A stretch of DNA of 64,000 bases from an uncultured archaeon (GCA_964473825.1 CAYYQL010000003.1:76992-140991), one strand, 5' to 3'. Counted from the stretch's first letter, positions 39,258 to 48,786 are shown. Notes: generated by a model from the letters alone, not told the origin. Numbers and translations: made by a program.

Positions 39258-39887
39258 ATGGATGAATCGGACCTGACAGTTGCAGTTCTTGCCGGCGGGA
39301 ATTCAAGCCGTTTCCAGATGGAGAAAGCACTGGCCCCATTCAATGGTCGTCCGCTTGTAAAACATATGATAGACACTGCCAGTACAATCTCTCCCAATAC
39401 GTTACTCGTACTCAATGCAGAACAAGAGACTGCCCAATTCGAAGAGGTGCTTGGGAGCGTACGAGTTGTTCGTGATCCTGAGGACTCGGTCAAGAGTGCG
39501 CTGACTGGAGCAGTCACTGCATTCGAGTTCGCTGAGACTCGATACACACTTCTTCTCCCCGTCGACACACCTCTCGCGAACACCACACTTCTGAGAATGC
39601 TTGGAGACCTTGCTCCAGGCCATGGTGCAGTTGTCCCTTCTTGGCCTTCTGGATATATCGAACCCCTTCATGCTGTCTATCTCTCAGAGCATGCATATGC
39701 TAACGGTCTGGATGTGCTGGAATCAGGAAAACACCGGATGAGCGATCTGCTGGATAGGCTTCGGAATGTTCTCTTCATATCAACGGCCATCTTGGAGCAG
39801 TTTGATCCGGAACTAAACACTTTCAAGAATCTCAACACCCCTGCTGAGCTTCGCGAGCTGGAGAGCATCTTAGCCAAGCGACGCTAG
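39258..39887 (+). CDS. mobA: molybdenum cofactor guanylyltransferase-like (MobA family NTP transferase)
   Basis: LAGGNSSRF...KAL..FNGRPL N-terminal motif. Confidence 0.65.
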   Translation: MDESDLTVAVLAGGNSSRFQMEKALAPFNGRPLVKHMIDTASTISPNTLLVLNAEQETAQFEEVLGSVRVVRDPEDSVKSALTGAVTAFEFAETRYTLLLPVDTPLANTTLLRMLGDLAPGHGAVVPSWPSGYIEPLHAVYLSEHAYANGLDVLESGKHRMSDLLDRLRNVLFISTAILEQFDPELNTFKNLNTPAELRELESILAKRR

Positions 39888-40972
39888 ACCGGAATGTTCT
39901 CGTGTCTAATCCGGCAGGTGCCTTCGTGTCCTACCATGCAGGGCCCATAGGGGTCAGCCGGGGTACAGCGTTCTCCAAAGAGTGGACAATCCACCGGGTC
40001 GACCATGCCGAGAATCACCTTGTGACAGAGACAACCCGGCAGAATATCAACTGATTCGATTGGAGGGAAGTCATACTTCTCTCTCGCGTCAAAATCCGAG
40101 AATTGTTCTTTCAGGAAGTATCCCGAGTCTCTGATTATGCCTAGCCCTCTCCATGGTGCATCTCGAAGGTCGAAGGTATCGCTGAGAGCCTTCTGTGCTG
40201 CTGGATTTCCTCCAGGTCTCACGACACGTCTGTATTCATTCTCTGATTCTGCTCTCCCCTCTTCTAACTGGACTAGTATCATGCGGATGCTCTCCAGAAC
40301 ATCTAGAGGCTCAAATCCCGCCGCCACGCATGGCACATGATATTTGCTTGCTAAGGGTTGAAAGACCTCTGTTCCAGTGACTACACTAACATGTCCGGGA
40401 GTGATGAAACCATCAACTGCAAATCCCTCAATATTCATCAGAAGATCCATGGCGGGTGGAATGACCTTGAGAGAAGTGAGCACAGAGAGGTTCTCAGGAG
40501 GAGTGCGAAGCACTTCCAAAGCTATTGTCGGCGCTGTTGTTTCGAAACCCGCCGCAACGAAGATGACCTCCTTGTTTGGGTTGTCCGCTGCTATTTTGAC
40601 TGCCTCGTTCGCGCCATAGACAACTCGGACATCTGCCCCTTCAGCCTTCTCTCGGGCTAGAGAGGAATCTGTTGAAGGAACACGTATCATATCTCCGAAG
40701 GTTGCAACAATATGACCTCTTCGGGCAAGCTCAATGGCCATGTCAACATCTTCGGCCGCGCAGACACAGACTGGACAGCCAGGACCAGCGACCAGTTCTA
40801 TTGTCTGGGGAAGAAGGGATCGAATGCCATTGCTACTTATAGTATCTTCATGGGTTCCGCATACGTGCACGATTCTGAAATGTCGGTTCCGACTCAATCT
40901 CCTGATTTCATCTACAACCGCGTGAGCATATCTAGCATCTCGAAATCCACTCTGTTCAAGCATGGGCCCCAT
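39884..40972 (-). CDS. hypD: [NiFe]-hydrogenase maturation factor HypD
   Basis: CGTHE, GPGCPVC, GFETT and a C-terminal C..C..C cluster. The start was taken at an internal Met of the track ORF, which ends at 41095. Confidence 0.8.
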   Translation of the reverse strand: MGPMLEQSGFRDARYAHAVVDEIRRLSRNRHFRIVHVCGTHEDTISSNGIRSLLPQTIELVAGPGCPVCVCAAEDVDMAIELARRGHIVATFGDMIRVPSTDSSLAREKAEGADVRVVYGANEAVKIAADNPNKEVIFVAAGFETTAPTIALEVLRTPPENLSVLTSLKVIPPAMDLLMNIEGFAVDGFITPGHVSVVTGTEVFQPLASKYHVPCVAAGFEPLDVLESIRMILVQLEEGRAESENEYRRVVRPGGNPAAQKALSDTFDLRDAPWRGLGIIRDSGYFLKEQFSDFDAREKYDFPPIESVDILPGCLCHKVILGMVDPVDCPLFGERCTPADPYGPCMVGHEGTCRIRHENIPV

Positions 40973-41200
40973 GTCCGACTCATACCGGAAAGCTATGAAT
41001 AAAAGAAATCTGCTTGAGGCCACTACTCCTGATAATAATCTGTTTCTTACAGTTTGGTGAGTGAGCCTCCCCTGTAAGAGACTTCTGCGTTCCACCCCTC
41101 CCCTGCCAGCGTCCAGAGCGGGATGTCAGCAAGGGGGGGAATCTTACATATATCTGACACTCTTGTCTGACAGATTAACTAGGAAAAGGGGGTATTTTCA

Positions 41201-41503
41201 CTACTCCTGAACCATATCGTCAAGTATCACAAGCGCTTCTCCGATGGATATGGATAGTCTTGTTGCCAGTTCTCTCGGACTGATATCTGGTTCTACGGGT
41301 ACGATGTTCTCTCTCACGTATCCCGAAAGATTCGCATATAGTGGGCTTCTGTGTGTGGTTTCAACCAGAATGTTCCAGAGTGGATGTGTCTTGAAGTTCG
41401 CCTTGTCAATATCAATTCCCCTTGTCGAGGGGTATTTTTGCTCGACATGTTCGGAGCTAGGAACAACCTCGTTGTTGGGTTTCGTCAGTCTCTCTTGCTT
41501 CAC
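41201..41503 (-). CDS. hypothetical protein with a C-terminal HTH-like segment
   Basis: ..ISPRELATRLSISIGEALVILDDM.. resembles a winged-helix recognition helix. Confidence 0.35.
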   Translation of the reverse strand: MKQERLTKPNNEVVPSSEHVEQKYPSTRGIDIDKANFKTHPLWNILVETTHRSPLYANLSGYVRENIVPVEPDISPRELATRLSISIGEALVILDDMVQE

Positions 41504-41724
41504 GTGCGAATCCTTCCCGGCATGTACGGTTACCCGTTCTTTTCAAAGCTCGCTCAACTTGAATAAAAGGATTAGGGCATCAAGCAGCCATGGCCGGAGA
41601 ATCGCGCTAAATGCAAGGCAGTTGATGGTCACTTCAACTATGCTACTGCAATGAATGCCTTGTAGTAAGGTTTAACAATGAATCGTCCGAGCAAGCACAA
41701 GACATACTGACCAATCGGTCAGCA

Positions 41725-42039
41725 TTGGGGTTTGGAATTATATTGCCAAGTGGCATACGAAGAATCGTTCTGGACGTTTTGAAACCTCACACTCCTCGTC
41801 TCACAGATCTTGCACTCATGATTACGAGAGACGAACATGTGAACGGACTGAACATCTCTCTGAAAGAAGTCGACCAAAACACTGAGAGCATAGCTATCAC
41901 AATCGAGGGCGATGACATTAGGTATGAGACTATCAAAGAGATTCTGGAGCAAGCAGGTGCAGTGATTCATTCAATCGATCAGGTCGTTGCAGGGAAGGAA
42001 TTCGTTGAGGAAGTAACCCTCCAACCGGAGAATAGCTGA
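41725..42039 (+). CDS. DUF211-family archaeal protein
   Basis: IRRIVLDVLKPH ... IEGDDI ... IHSIDQVV pattern. Confidence 0.45.
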   Translation: MGFGIILPSGIRRIVLDVLKPHTPRLTDLALMITRDEHVNGLNISLKEVDQNTESIAITIEGDDIRYETIKEILEQAGAVIHSIDQVVAGKEFVEEVTLQPENS

Positions 42040-42102
42040 ACCGATGTACGGGTCAAATCAGACATGTAAACGGATGTGTCTGGTCTGCAATGAACCGTAT
42101 TC

Positions 42103-42528
42103 TTAGGGGTTGTTTCCAAACTCATCTGTCACTCTTCGCAGCGACGAACTGCTGAGTGACTTATCAACAAGATGAATCCCCTCCTCGGTGAGAGTTCCTT
42201 TGACGTAGAATCGGCCAGCGGACTGGATATAGCAGAGCCCTTTCTCCTTGAGCCTTCGAAGACTTGCCAGGACGATCTGAGTGAGCTCTTCATCAGTTAG
42301 TTGTGGCGTACCCGTGGGAGACTGTACAATCTCGGTCATCGTGAGAACATTCTTCATACTGGATAGTTGGCGCCTGTTGTTGTCGTATGGGTTGGAGTAG
42401 AGCCAGAGTAGAACTATCAGGTCCACTATACCCAAGCCGATGTCAGGGTTTCGGCGTAGCATCCTCTTTGCCACTAGTTCTACCATTGGCATTGTTTCAC
42501 TTCTATTGTCTTCGGCAGTGCTATTCAC
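42103..42528 (-). CDS. hypothetical protein (winged-helix-like)
   Basis: 141-aa ORF. Repeat copy A lies immediately upstream of its start. Confidence 0.35.
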   Translation of the reverse strand: MNSTAEDNRSETMPMVELVAKRMLRRNPDIGLGIVDLIVLLWLYSNPYDNNRRQLSSMKNVLTMTEIVQSPTGTPQLTDEELTQIVLASLRRLKEKGLCYIQSAGRFYVKGTLTEEGIHLVDKSLSSSSLRRVTDEFGNNP

Positions 42529-42717
42529 CGTTCATTGTATGTTGGACGAACTTGAACACCAGAGAGTTGTCCTCCCAGGTAACGGTACTGGGTGGTCTCC
42601 GTCGTGGTCAGCGATGTTGTGTGAGGGACCAGCTCTCAATCATGGGCTGGAGGATATAAACTCTTACGCTGAAATGTCCACCTTTGTCCAAGTTTTCTGT
42701 AGCTGTTGGTGTAACCA
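42525..42717. repeat. intergenic repeated element, copy A (~190 bp)
   Basis: Aligns with 45285-45476 at about 88% identity overall and about 94% in the 3' 120 nt. No conserved reading frame. Confidence 0.8.
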
Positions 42718-42722
42718 TCGAG

Positions 42723-43439
42723 TCAGTCAATCAGACTCACTATGCCAGGTTCTGGCTGATATATATCACCGGAATTCATGAGCCGATCGAGGGAGGAGAA
42801 CACCGAGTTCTCCGATATCGACTCCTTACTGTAGTGCTTGACAATCCTTCTTACAGGAAGGCGTCCGCCATGCTCTCTGAGCAGTCTTAGAATGCTCTTC
42901 GACACATCGACTTCTCGAGTAACGTCTTCCGAATTCTCCCCGGAGGTGCCAACCAGTTTCACCGACCAAGGACGCGGAAAAATGAGAATGCCACGGTTTC
43001 CGAGTTTAGTGAGCTGTTCTTCTACCCAGTCCCATTCGAGTTGATACTTGGAACTGAGTTCTTCTATTCGGTTCAGAGAGCAACTCTGTCTTCGAGCCTC
43101 CCGTTCTAGGAGTTTCATGAGTCTCTTTGTCTTGCCTGTTGGTAATTCTCGCCCCTCAGAATCGTCCGAGATGTCTCCAGCATCTATGGGCTCACTCGGG
43201 ACAAGTTCGCGCACCCTATCCTTGGAGCGTTCCACCGCCTTCTTGAATTCATCACTGCTGCCTGCGTTGAACTCTTTGGTTGCCTTTGTGGCTGCGTGTT
43301 GATCATCGAACATTGCAACCGATGCCTTTGAGATGTCGATAAGCTTACCACAATAGCTACATCTTCTGCGCTTCTGGCCCACCGGCGCATTGGTGAATCG
43401 ATGGCATTTGGGACACATGAATACAAAGAACGGCTTCAC
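42723..43439 (-). CDS. N-terminal zinc-ribbon (DUF1922-like) plus C-terminal winged-helix protein
   Basis: MCPKCHRF...RRRCSYCGK ribbon followed by a helical/wH region. Confidence 0.45.
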   Translation of the reverse strand: MKPFFVFMCPKCHRFTNAPVGQKRRRCSYCGKLIDISKASVAMFDDQHAATKATKEFNAGSSDEFKKAVERSKDRVRELVPSEPIDAGDISDDSEGRELPTGKTKRLMKLLEREARRQSCSLNRIEELSSKYQLEWDWVEEQLTKLGNRGILIFPRPWSVKLVGTSGENSEDVTREVDVSKSILRLLREHGGRLPVRRIVKHYSKESISENSVFSSLDRLMNSGDIYQPEPGIVSLID

Positions 43440-43476
43440 CCAGTTTCACCTAGCTCGTTACTTCATCAGCGTAGAC

Positions 43477-43487
43477 GGTATATAACC
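43477..43487. promoter_or_regulatory. near-palindromic TATA-like element GGTATATAACC in a divergent intergenic region
   Basis: AT-rich box between the divergently oriented genes at 43439(-) and 43557(+). Confidence 0.3.
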
Positions 43488-43556
43488 AGTACTCTCCATG
43501 AACACATGAATAGCATTATATCGTAGAGACCAGGCGTGCCCCCTTGAGGCTGAAGC

Positions 43557-43775
43557 ATGGCACGGAAGGCAAAGCGAATTGTAATTGCCGCTGAACTCTG
43601 CAAGGGTTGTCATATCTGTATATCGGCATGTCCCTTTGGAGTGCTGAAGAAGGGGGATAAGGTGGACAACAGGGGTTTCTATTTGCCAGAGGTCAGCGAC
43701 ATTGATGCATGCAGAGTGTGTCGACTTTGCGAAATGGAGTGTCCAGACTTCGCAATCACGGTAGTTGAGGACTGA
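43557..43775 (+). CDS. 2x[4Fe-4S] ferredoxin
   Basis: CKGCHICISACP and CRVCRLCEMECP motifs. Confidence 0.8.
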   Translation: MARKAKRIVIAAELCKGCHICISACPFGVLKKGDKVDNRGFYLPEVSDIDACRVCRLCEMECPDFAITVVED

Positions 43776-43881
43776 TTCTGACTGACTTCATTCCACGAAT
43801 AAAATATGGAGTCAAATAATACACAGGGTAATATAACACCGGATTCATTGAGATACGAGTTCAGACCATCGAAGGTGCGGA

Positions 43882-44448
43882 TTGTTGAGTGATAGCAGAG
43901 TCAGGATGTTACTGGAACTGCGGAGGGAGCTTGAGGACGAGCTTGAGAAGCTAAAGGAGAGAATCCAGCAACTCGAGAGTTACACCAAAGCACTTGACGC
44001 CACAATTGGAGCGAGTAGTTTCTCAACAGCACAGGCTGCGTTGGCAGCTGAAGAACCTGAGCAGAGGGATATCATGGAGGAGGTTCCGTCCAAGGGGCCC
44101 CGGACTCTAGGGATCAAGCACAAGTCGAAGGACCTAGAACTTGCCACCATGCAGGTCACAGAGGATGAGATAGCAATCACCCCGGCCCCTCACGCATTGT
44201 ATGATATCAAGCGAGGAGCATTCGCCAGATTCTTTGTGGAAAGAATCCTGGGCGGTTTTCAACAGGAGGACAAACATCGTGTGGAAAATGGGGAAATAGA
44301 ATGGGAGGATTCTTTCGATTTTGATATCCAAGCGGAGGACAGCATTCTCCAGGGAATCTTCATCCGCAACTACGGGGGAGAGGAACGACTGGAAGAAATT
44401 CGGAATGCACTAAGATGGGCACTTGAAAAGACATATCGTCCACGCTAG
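43882..44448 (+). CDS. hypothetical protein (N-terminal coiled coil)
   Basis: 188-aa ORF. Confidence 0.35.
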   Translation: MLSDSRVRMLLELRRELEDELEKLKERIQQLESYTKALDATIGASSFSTAQAALAAEEPEQRDIMEEVPSKGPRTLGIKHKSKDLELATMQVTEDEIAITPAPHALYDIKRGAFARFFVERILGGFQQEDKHRVENGEIEWEDSFDFDIQAEDSILQGIFIRNYGGEERLEEIRNALRWALEKTYRPR

Positions 44449-44561
44449 ACAGCAGGGCAAAAAGGCGCGTTCTACACTTACCTCAGTTTCCGATGCAAAA
44501 CGGATATATCCTTGGCAACTGAAACGTTTGTTGCCTATGTTGACACGAAGGAGAGGTAGCA

Positions 44562-45188
44562 GTGCATTACGATGACGAGGCGCATCCCGGATTCAACCCC
44601 CACGACGTGGTTAATATCGTACGAGATGCGCACGAGTATTTCAAGGAGAGTAATGTCGATGAACGATATGAGGCAGTGGCCTTAGATCTCATCCGGAGGT
44701 ATGTGTCAACAGAGGGAAGGCCACGGGAACTTGAACCACTCTATGCAGCCTCTCTTTACTTGGTGACTCGACATCCCTGGAGCCACCCCAACCCCCTCAC
44801 AAGAACCGAGTTCGCCAGTAAACTCCGGATCAAAGAGTCGAGTTTAGAGTGGTATACTGAGTCTATCATTGAGAAGCTTGGATTCGAGGTCTTTCATGAC
44901 CATGGCCAGCTACCTTTCTACATAGACCCAAGAGGAACTATCTCGAGTGTCATTAACTCCGTGGTAAGGACGAGTGTAAGCGAAGAAGTGGTCTTGGGTA
45001 TTGTGAGAGGGGGGGCTGTGGCACCAAGTGCGCTCGCAGAAAGAATAGTGGAACGCCTCTGCAGAATCGTGAAGATTCTTCCAAATGCCTTCGAGAGAGA
45101 TTTGTTCACAATAGTAGAGAAGAAGATAGAAGAACAGAGTGGGCGACTACTTGCTGAGCTAAAGCAAGGTGCAGCAATGGGACTCTAG
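44562..45188 (+). CDS. hypothetical protein, possible single cyclin-like/TFB-core-like fold
   Basis: ..LYAASLYLVTR..PLTRTEFASKLRIKESSLEWYTESIIEKLGF resembles a TFB cyclin repeat. The resemblance is weak. Confidence 0.3.
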   Translation: MHYDDEAHPGFNPHDVVNIVRDAHEYFKESNVDERYEAVALDLIRRYVSTEGRPRELEPLYAASLYLVTRHPWSHPNPLTRTEFASKLRIKESSLEWYTESIIEKLGFEVFHDHGQLPFYIDPRGTISSVINSVVRTSVSEEVVLGIVRGGAVAPSALAERIVERLCRIVKILPNAFERDLFTIVEKKIEEQSGRLLAELKQGAAMGL

Positions 45189-45284
45189 CTAATCCGAGTG
45201 GTCAACACCGCGTGGACTCAACAGTCAGACCGTAACTCAGACGGAATATTTGGCATCGGATTCGGTGTCTGGTTCTAAGAGGAA

Positions 45285-45476
45285 TCGTTCATTGTATGTT
45301 GGACAGACTTAGACACCGGAGAGATGTTCCCCCGGGTAACGGCGTTGGGTGTTTTCCGTCGTGGTCAGCGATGCTGTGTGAGTGACCAGCTCTCAATCAT
45401 GGGCTGGAGGATATAGACTCCTATGCTGAGATGTCCAACTTTGTCCAAGTTTTCTGTAGCTGTTGGTGTACCCTAT
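45285..45476. repeat. intergenic repeated element, copy B (~190 bp)
   Basis: Direct repeat of 42525-42717. Confidence 0.8.
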
Positions 45477-45510
45477 ATGTAAGATTCTTGCCTTCTGGAT
45501 GTGGCAATTG

Positions 45511-45526
45511 GTAATGTTTAAATGTG
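45511..45526 (+). promoter_or_regulatory. candidate BRE/TATA (AATGTTTAAATG) for the uL22-led ribosomal operon
   Basis: TTTAAAT box about 215 nt upstream of the uL22 ATG, at the head of a 546-nt intergenic region. Confidence 0.4.
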
Positions 45527-45735
45527 AACTATTTTGGCATCTGAGTGTCGCTCTCTGATAGTGACTGTTCGGAACGGAAGGAAGCAGTGCAGGTTCTTGA
45601 TTCTGCTCGCGGAAGTGGCCTGTATACGTGTGCCGGAGGTTCTGGGTAGCCATTGAGGGTGCCATGATGAGGAGACTACCTACCAATAGCGGAAGGTGAG
45701 CTTTTCATAGGTCACAAGACCAGAAGTGAGGTACC

Positions 45736-46200
45736 ATGCCGTCGTACAGATACAGCATAATTGGCATTGACCCGGACAGGACTGCCATAGCCAGCGGAAG
45801 AAACATGCGATGTTCGCCAAAACATGCGAGAGAAGTGTGTGAGGCCATTCGTGGCATGATGCTCGATAAGGCGATTGAGTTGCTTGAGGAAGTCATTGAG
45901 GAGAAGGCATGGATTCCGTACAAGCGCCACAAGAAGAAGAGAGCGCATCATTCTGGCATGAAGAAATGGCATACTGGTGGCCATCCAGTGAAGGCATCCC
46001 AGAGAATTCTGAGAGTGCTGAGAAATGCAGAGGCCAACGCAGACAACAAGGGTCTAGACATTGATCGTCTGAGAATTATGCATGCCGCAGCTCACAGAGG
46101 CAGGACATACAAGAAGTATATCGAACGCGCCTTTGGGCGGAGTACCCCCTATAACGAGAATACAACACATGTGGAGATTGTTCTAGAAGAGGTGTCATAG
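45736..46200 (+). CDS. rpl22: 50S ribosomal protein uL22
   Basis: Archaeal L22 sequence and position directly before S3. Confidence 0.9.
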   Translation: MPSYRYSIIGIDPDRTAIASGRNMRCSPKHAREVCEAIRGMMLDKAIELLEEVIEEKAWIPYKRHKKKRAHHSGMKKWHTGGHPVKASQRILRVLRNAEANADNKGLDIDRLRIMHAAAHRGRTYKKYIERAFGRSTPYNENTTHVEIVLEEVS

Positions 46201-47112
46201 TTGTCGGCAGTTAAGTACTTCATCGAACGCAACACTCGCAAGCTAGCTCTTGATGAATTTCTGAACCGTGAGCTCAACGCTGCAGGTTATGGTGGCCTTG
46301 AGATTCGGAAGATGCCCATGAGGACAGAGGTAGTGATTTACTCCTCTCGTCCAGGTGTCGTTATCGGACGCAGAGGGTCCAAGGTTCGTGAATTGACTTA
46401 CATACTTGAAACAGAATTCGGTATAGAGAACATTCAGATCGAGGTCAGTGAGATTGAGAATCCTTGGCTCAATGCTCAGGTTATGGCCTCTAGACTGGCA
46501 AGACAGCTTGAACGAGGCGTTCGCTTCCGTAGAATGGCTTACTGGATTCTAAGGCGGATTATGCGTGCAGGCGCTCTTGGCTGTGAGATTGTTGTGAAGG
46601 GCAAGTTATCCAGTCGTAGAGGACGGTACCAGAAGTTTAAGCAATCCACCGTTGCAAAGACTGGAGAACCTGCTGACACATTCGTTGATTCGTCCTATGA
46701 TAAGGCTGTTCTCAAACCTGGTGTTACTGGCATCAAGGTCAGCATAATGAAACCCGGCGCCAAACTGCCTGGTGTTGTTCATGTGAAGAAACCAAAGCAC
46801 AGAGAGGAGCCAGAACCACAACTTCTCAAAGAACCTACAGAAGAAGAGGAACCTGACGAAGAGGCTGTTGAGGAAGGCCTTGAGGGAATCACTGACATGG
46901 ATGAACTTCGCGAGTTAGAAGAGCTTGACGCTTTGGAGCTTGTTGAGGATGCTGAACTGGAGGCAGAACAGCGTGAGACTCCGCCGCCAAAGCCAGAGGA
47001 AACCTCAGACGACACTCCTGACCAAGAGGCGCCTTCAGAGGAGGCCCCCTCTGTTGATCTGGAAGAACTAGAAGAGCTTGACGACCTTGATACCGAAGGA
47101 GAGGATGAATAA
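46201..47112 (+). CDS. rps3: 30S ribosomal protein uS3 with a ~90-aa acidic C-terminal tail (TTG start)
   Basis: KH domain (..GGLEIRKMPMRTEVVIY..). The C-terminal third is an E/D/L-rich low-complexity region. Confidence 0.9.
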   Translation: MSAVKYFIERNTRKLALDEFLNRELNAAGYGGLEIRKMPMRTEVVIYSSRPGVVIGRRGSKVRELTYILETEFGIENIQIEVSEIENPWLNAQVMASRLARQLERGVRFRRMAYWILRRIMRAGALGCEIVVKGKLSSRRGRYQKFKQSTVAKTGEPADTFVDSSYDKAVLKPGVTGIKVSIMKPGAKLPGVVHVKKPKHREEPEPQLLKEPTEEEEPDEEAVEEGLEGITDMDELRELEELDALELVEDAELEAEQRETPPPKPEETSDDTPDQEAPSEEAPSVDLEELEELDDLDTEGEDE

Positions 47113-47324
47113 TGGCTCGGTTGACTCCGCGAGACATCCGCAATTTGACTCCAGAAGAGAGATCCAAGCGCTTAGAGGATCTCTACAACGAACTATCCAC
47201 CATTAGGATAGAACTGGCAACAGGAGGCGGCAGTGAGAATCCATATAGAATTCGAGCCATACGGCGAGCCATTGCACGAATTCTTACGATTCAGAGAGAA
47301 GTGGAACTGGAGGGCGAAAGATGA
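47112..47324 (+). CDS. rpl29: 50S ribosomal protein uL29
   Basis: 70 aa, helical; sits in the S3-L29-S17 position. Confidence 0.85.
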   Translation: MARLTPRDIRNLTPEERSKRLEDLYNELSTIRIELATGGGSENPYRIRAIRRAIARILTIQREVELEGER

Positions 47325-47602
47325 TCACACCTGAGAGTCTTGTTCAGCATGAACTTGTCGGACTTCATCTGCATATAGTGGAGTCAACTGACCCCACTTG
47401 CATTTGTCGTGCAGGCACAGTCGTAAATGAGTCAAGGAATATGCTGTACATTCGCACACCGGAGAACCTGATTCGAGTTGCAAAGAATCAGAGCGTATTC
47501 GAAATCGAGTTACCCAATAAGAAAATTGTGAGGGTTGATGGACGACTGCTTGAAGGCCGTCCAGAGCAACGTCTGAAGAAACCCCTCGATAGGAGATGGT
47601 AA
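47321..47602 (+). CDS. rnp1: ribonuclease P protein component 1 (Rpp29/Pop4)
   Basis: 93 aa; ..LVGLHLHIVESTDP..GTVVNESRNMLYI.. Sm-like fold. The position between L29 and S17 is typical. Confidence 0.75.
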   Translation: MITPESLVQHELVGLHLHIVESTDPTCICRAGTVVNESRNMLYIRTPENLIRVAKNQSVFEIELPNKKIVRVDGRLLEGRPEQRLKKPLDRRW

Positions 47603-47961
47603 TGATGGCTGACAAGAAACAGAAAGTTCGCAACATAGGTATCCCGAATGTGGAACCTCCTGAGAAGGTGTGTGATGATCCACTCTGTCCATTCCACGGC
47701 AGTCTCCCTGTCAGAGGCCGCATCATGGAGGGCACGGTCACCAGCACGAAGATGCATAATGCAATCACATTTCAGACAGACTACCTTGGTCTTGTGAAGA
47801 AGTACTCCAGATACGAACGACGTCGGTCCAAGAAACACGCACACTTGCCTGATTGTATCGATGTTCAGATGGGCGACTCAGTGAAGGTGGTTGAATGTCG
47901 TCCGATAAGTAAGACAATCTCATGTGTTGTTGTTTCCGCTTGGAAGCCCGAGGAGGAATAG
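47596..47961 (+). CDS. rps17: 30S ribosomal protein uS17
   Basis: OB-fold S17 sequence (..GRIMEGTVTSTKM..VKVVECRPISK..). Confidence 0.9.
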   Translation: MVMMADKKQKVRNIGIPNVEPPEKVCDDPLCPFHGSLPVRGRIMEGTVTSTKMHNAITFQTDYLGLVKKYSRYERRRSKKHAHLPDCIDVQMGDSVKVVECRPISKTISCVVVSAWKPEEE

Positions 47962-47964
47962 AAC

Positions 47965-48387
47965 ATGTCGCGTAAAGTTGGTAGAGGAATTCGGAAATTT
48001 GTTCCTAGGATAGCACGTGGCCTTCCCATAGGGGCCAAAGTGATATGCGCAGATAACTCTGGTGCAAAAGTATTGCGGATACTAACAGTACTTGGTTACA
48101 AAGGCAAACTCAGGAAGATTGGGAAAGCCGGCGTTGGCGATTGTGTCAATGTATCAGTTCTGAAAGGCAAACAGGATCTCAGAAAGCAGGTGTTGCAGGC
48201 TGTGATTGTCAGGCAGAAACAGTCCTACAGACGACCTGATGGAAGTTGGATGCAGTTTGAGGACAACGCGGCCGTTCTGATCAAGCCTGGTGGAGAACCG
48301 CAGGGCTCAGAGCTTCGAGGACCTATGGCGAGAGAAGTGACTCTGAAGTGGCCAAGGGTGGCAGCTATTGCATCGAAGATTGTGTGA
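47965..48387 (+). CDS. rpl14: 50S ribosomal protein uL14
   Basis: ..KVICADNSGAKVLRI.. motif. Confidence 0.9.
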   Translation: MSRKVGRGIRKFVPRIARGLPIGAKVICADNSGAKVLRILTVLGYKGKLRKIGKAGVGDCVNVSVLKGKQDLRKQVLQAVIVRQKQSYRRPDGSWMQFEDNAAVLIKPGGEPQGSELRGPMAREVTLKWPRVAAIASKIV

Positions 48388-48392
48388 GGTTG

Positions 48393-48785
48393 ATGATATT
48401 GACAAAGAAAACCAGTCCAAAATCTCCCCGCAAGCAGAGAAGACGAATTCACAAGTCGCCACTGCACGCTCACAAGAACATGTTGAGGTGTAGACTTGAT
48501 GAGTTCCTGCAAGAAGAGCATGGATTTCGGTCTTTACTGGTCAAGAAGGGTGATCTGGTTCGTGTTATGAGGGGCCAATTCCGAGAGATTGAGGGGAAAG
48601 TAACTCGTGTGGACTATAGTGCTGTCAGAGTATACATTGATGCGGCCAGCATCACTAAGGCTGATGGCAAAGAAGCTCCCATACCCATCCATCCGTCAAA
48701 CCTCAAGATTGTGAAATTGGAGCTGGATGACGAGAGAAAGAAGCGTATCGAACAGAAGATGATTGAATCTGTGGAGGCAGAGTGA
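48393..48785 (+). CDS. rpl24: 50S ribosomal protein uL24
   Basis: KOW motif KKGDLVRVMRGQFREIEGKVT. The internal ATG was chosen as start. Confidence 0.85.
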   Translation: MILTKKTSPKSPRKQRRRIHKSPLHAHKNMLRCRLDEFLQEEHGFRSLLVKKGDLVRVMRGQFREIEGKVTRVDYSAVRVYIDAASITKADGKEAPIPIHPSNLKIVKLELDDERKKRIEQKMIESVEAE

Positions 48786-48786
48786 A

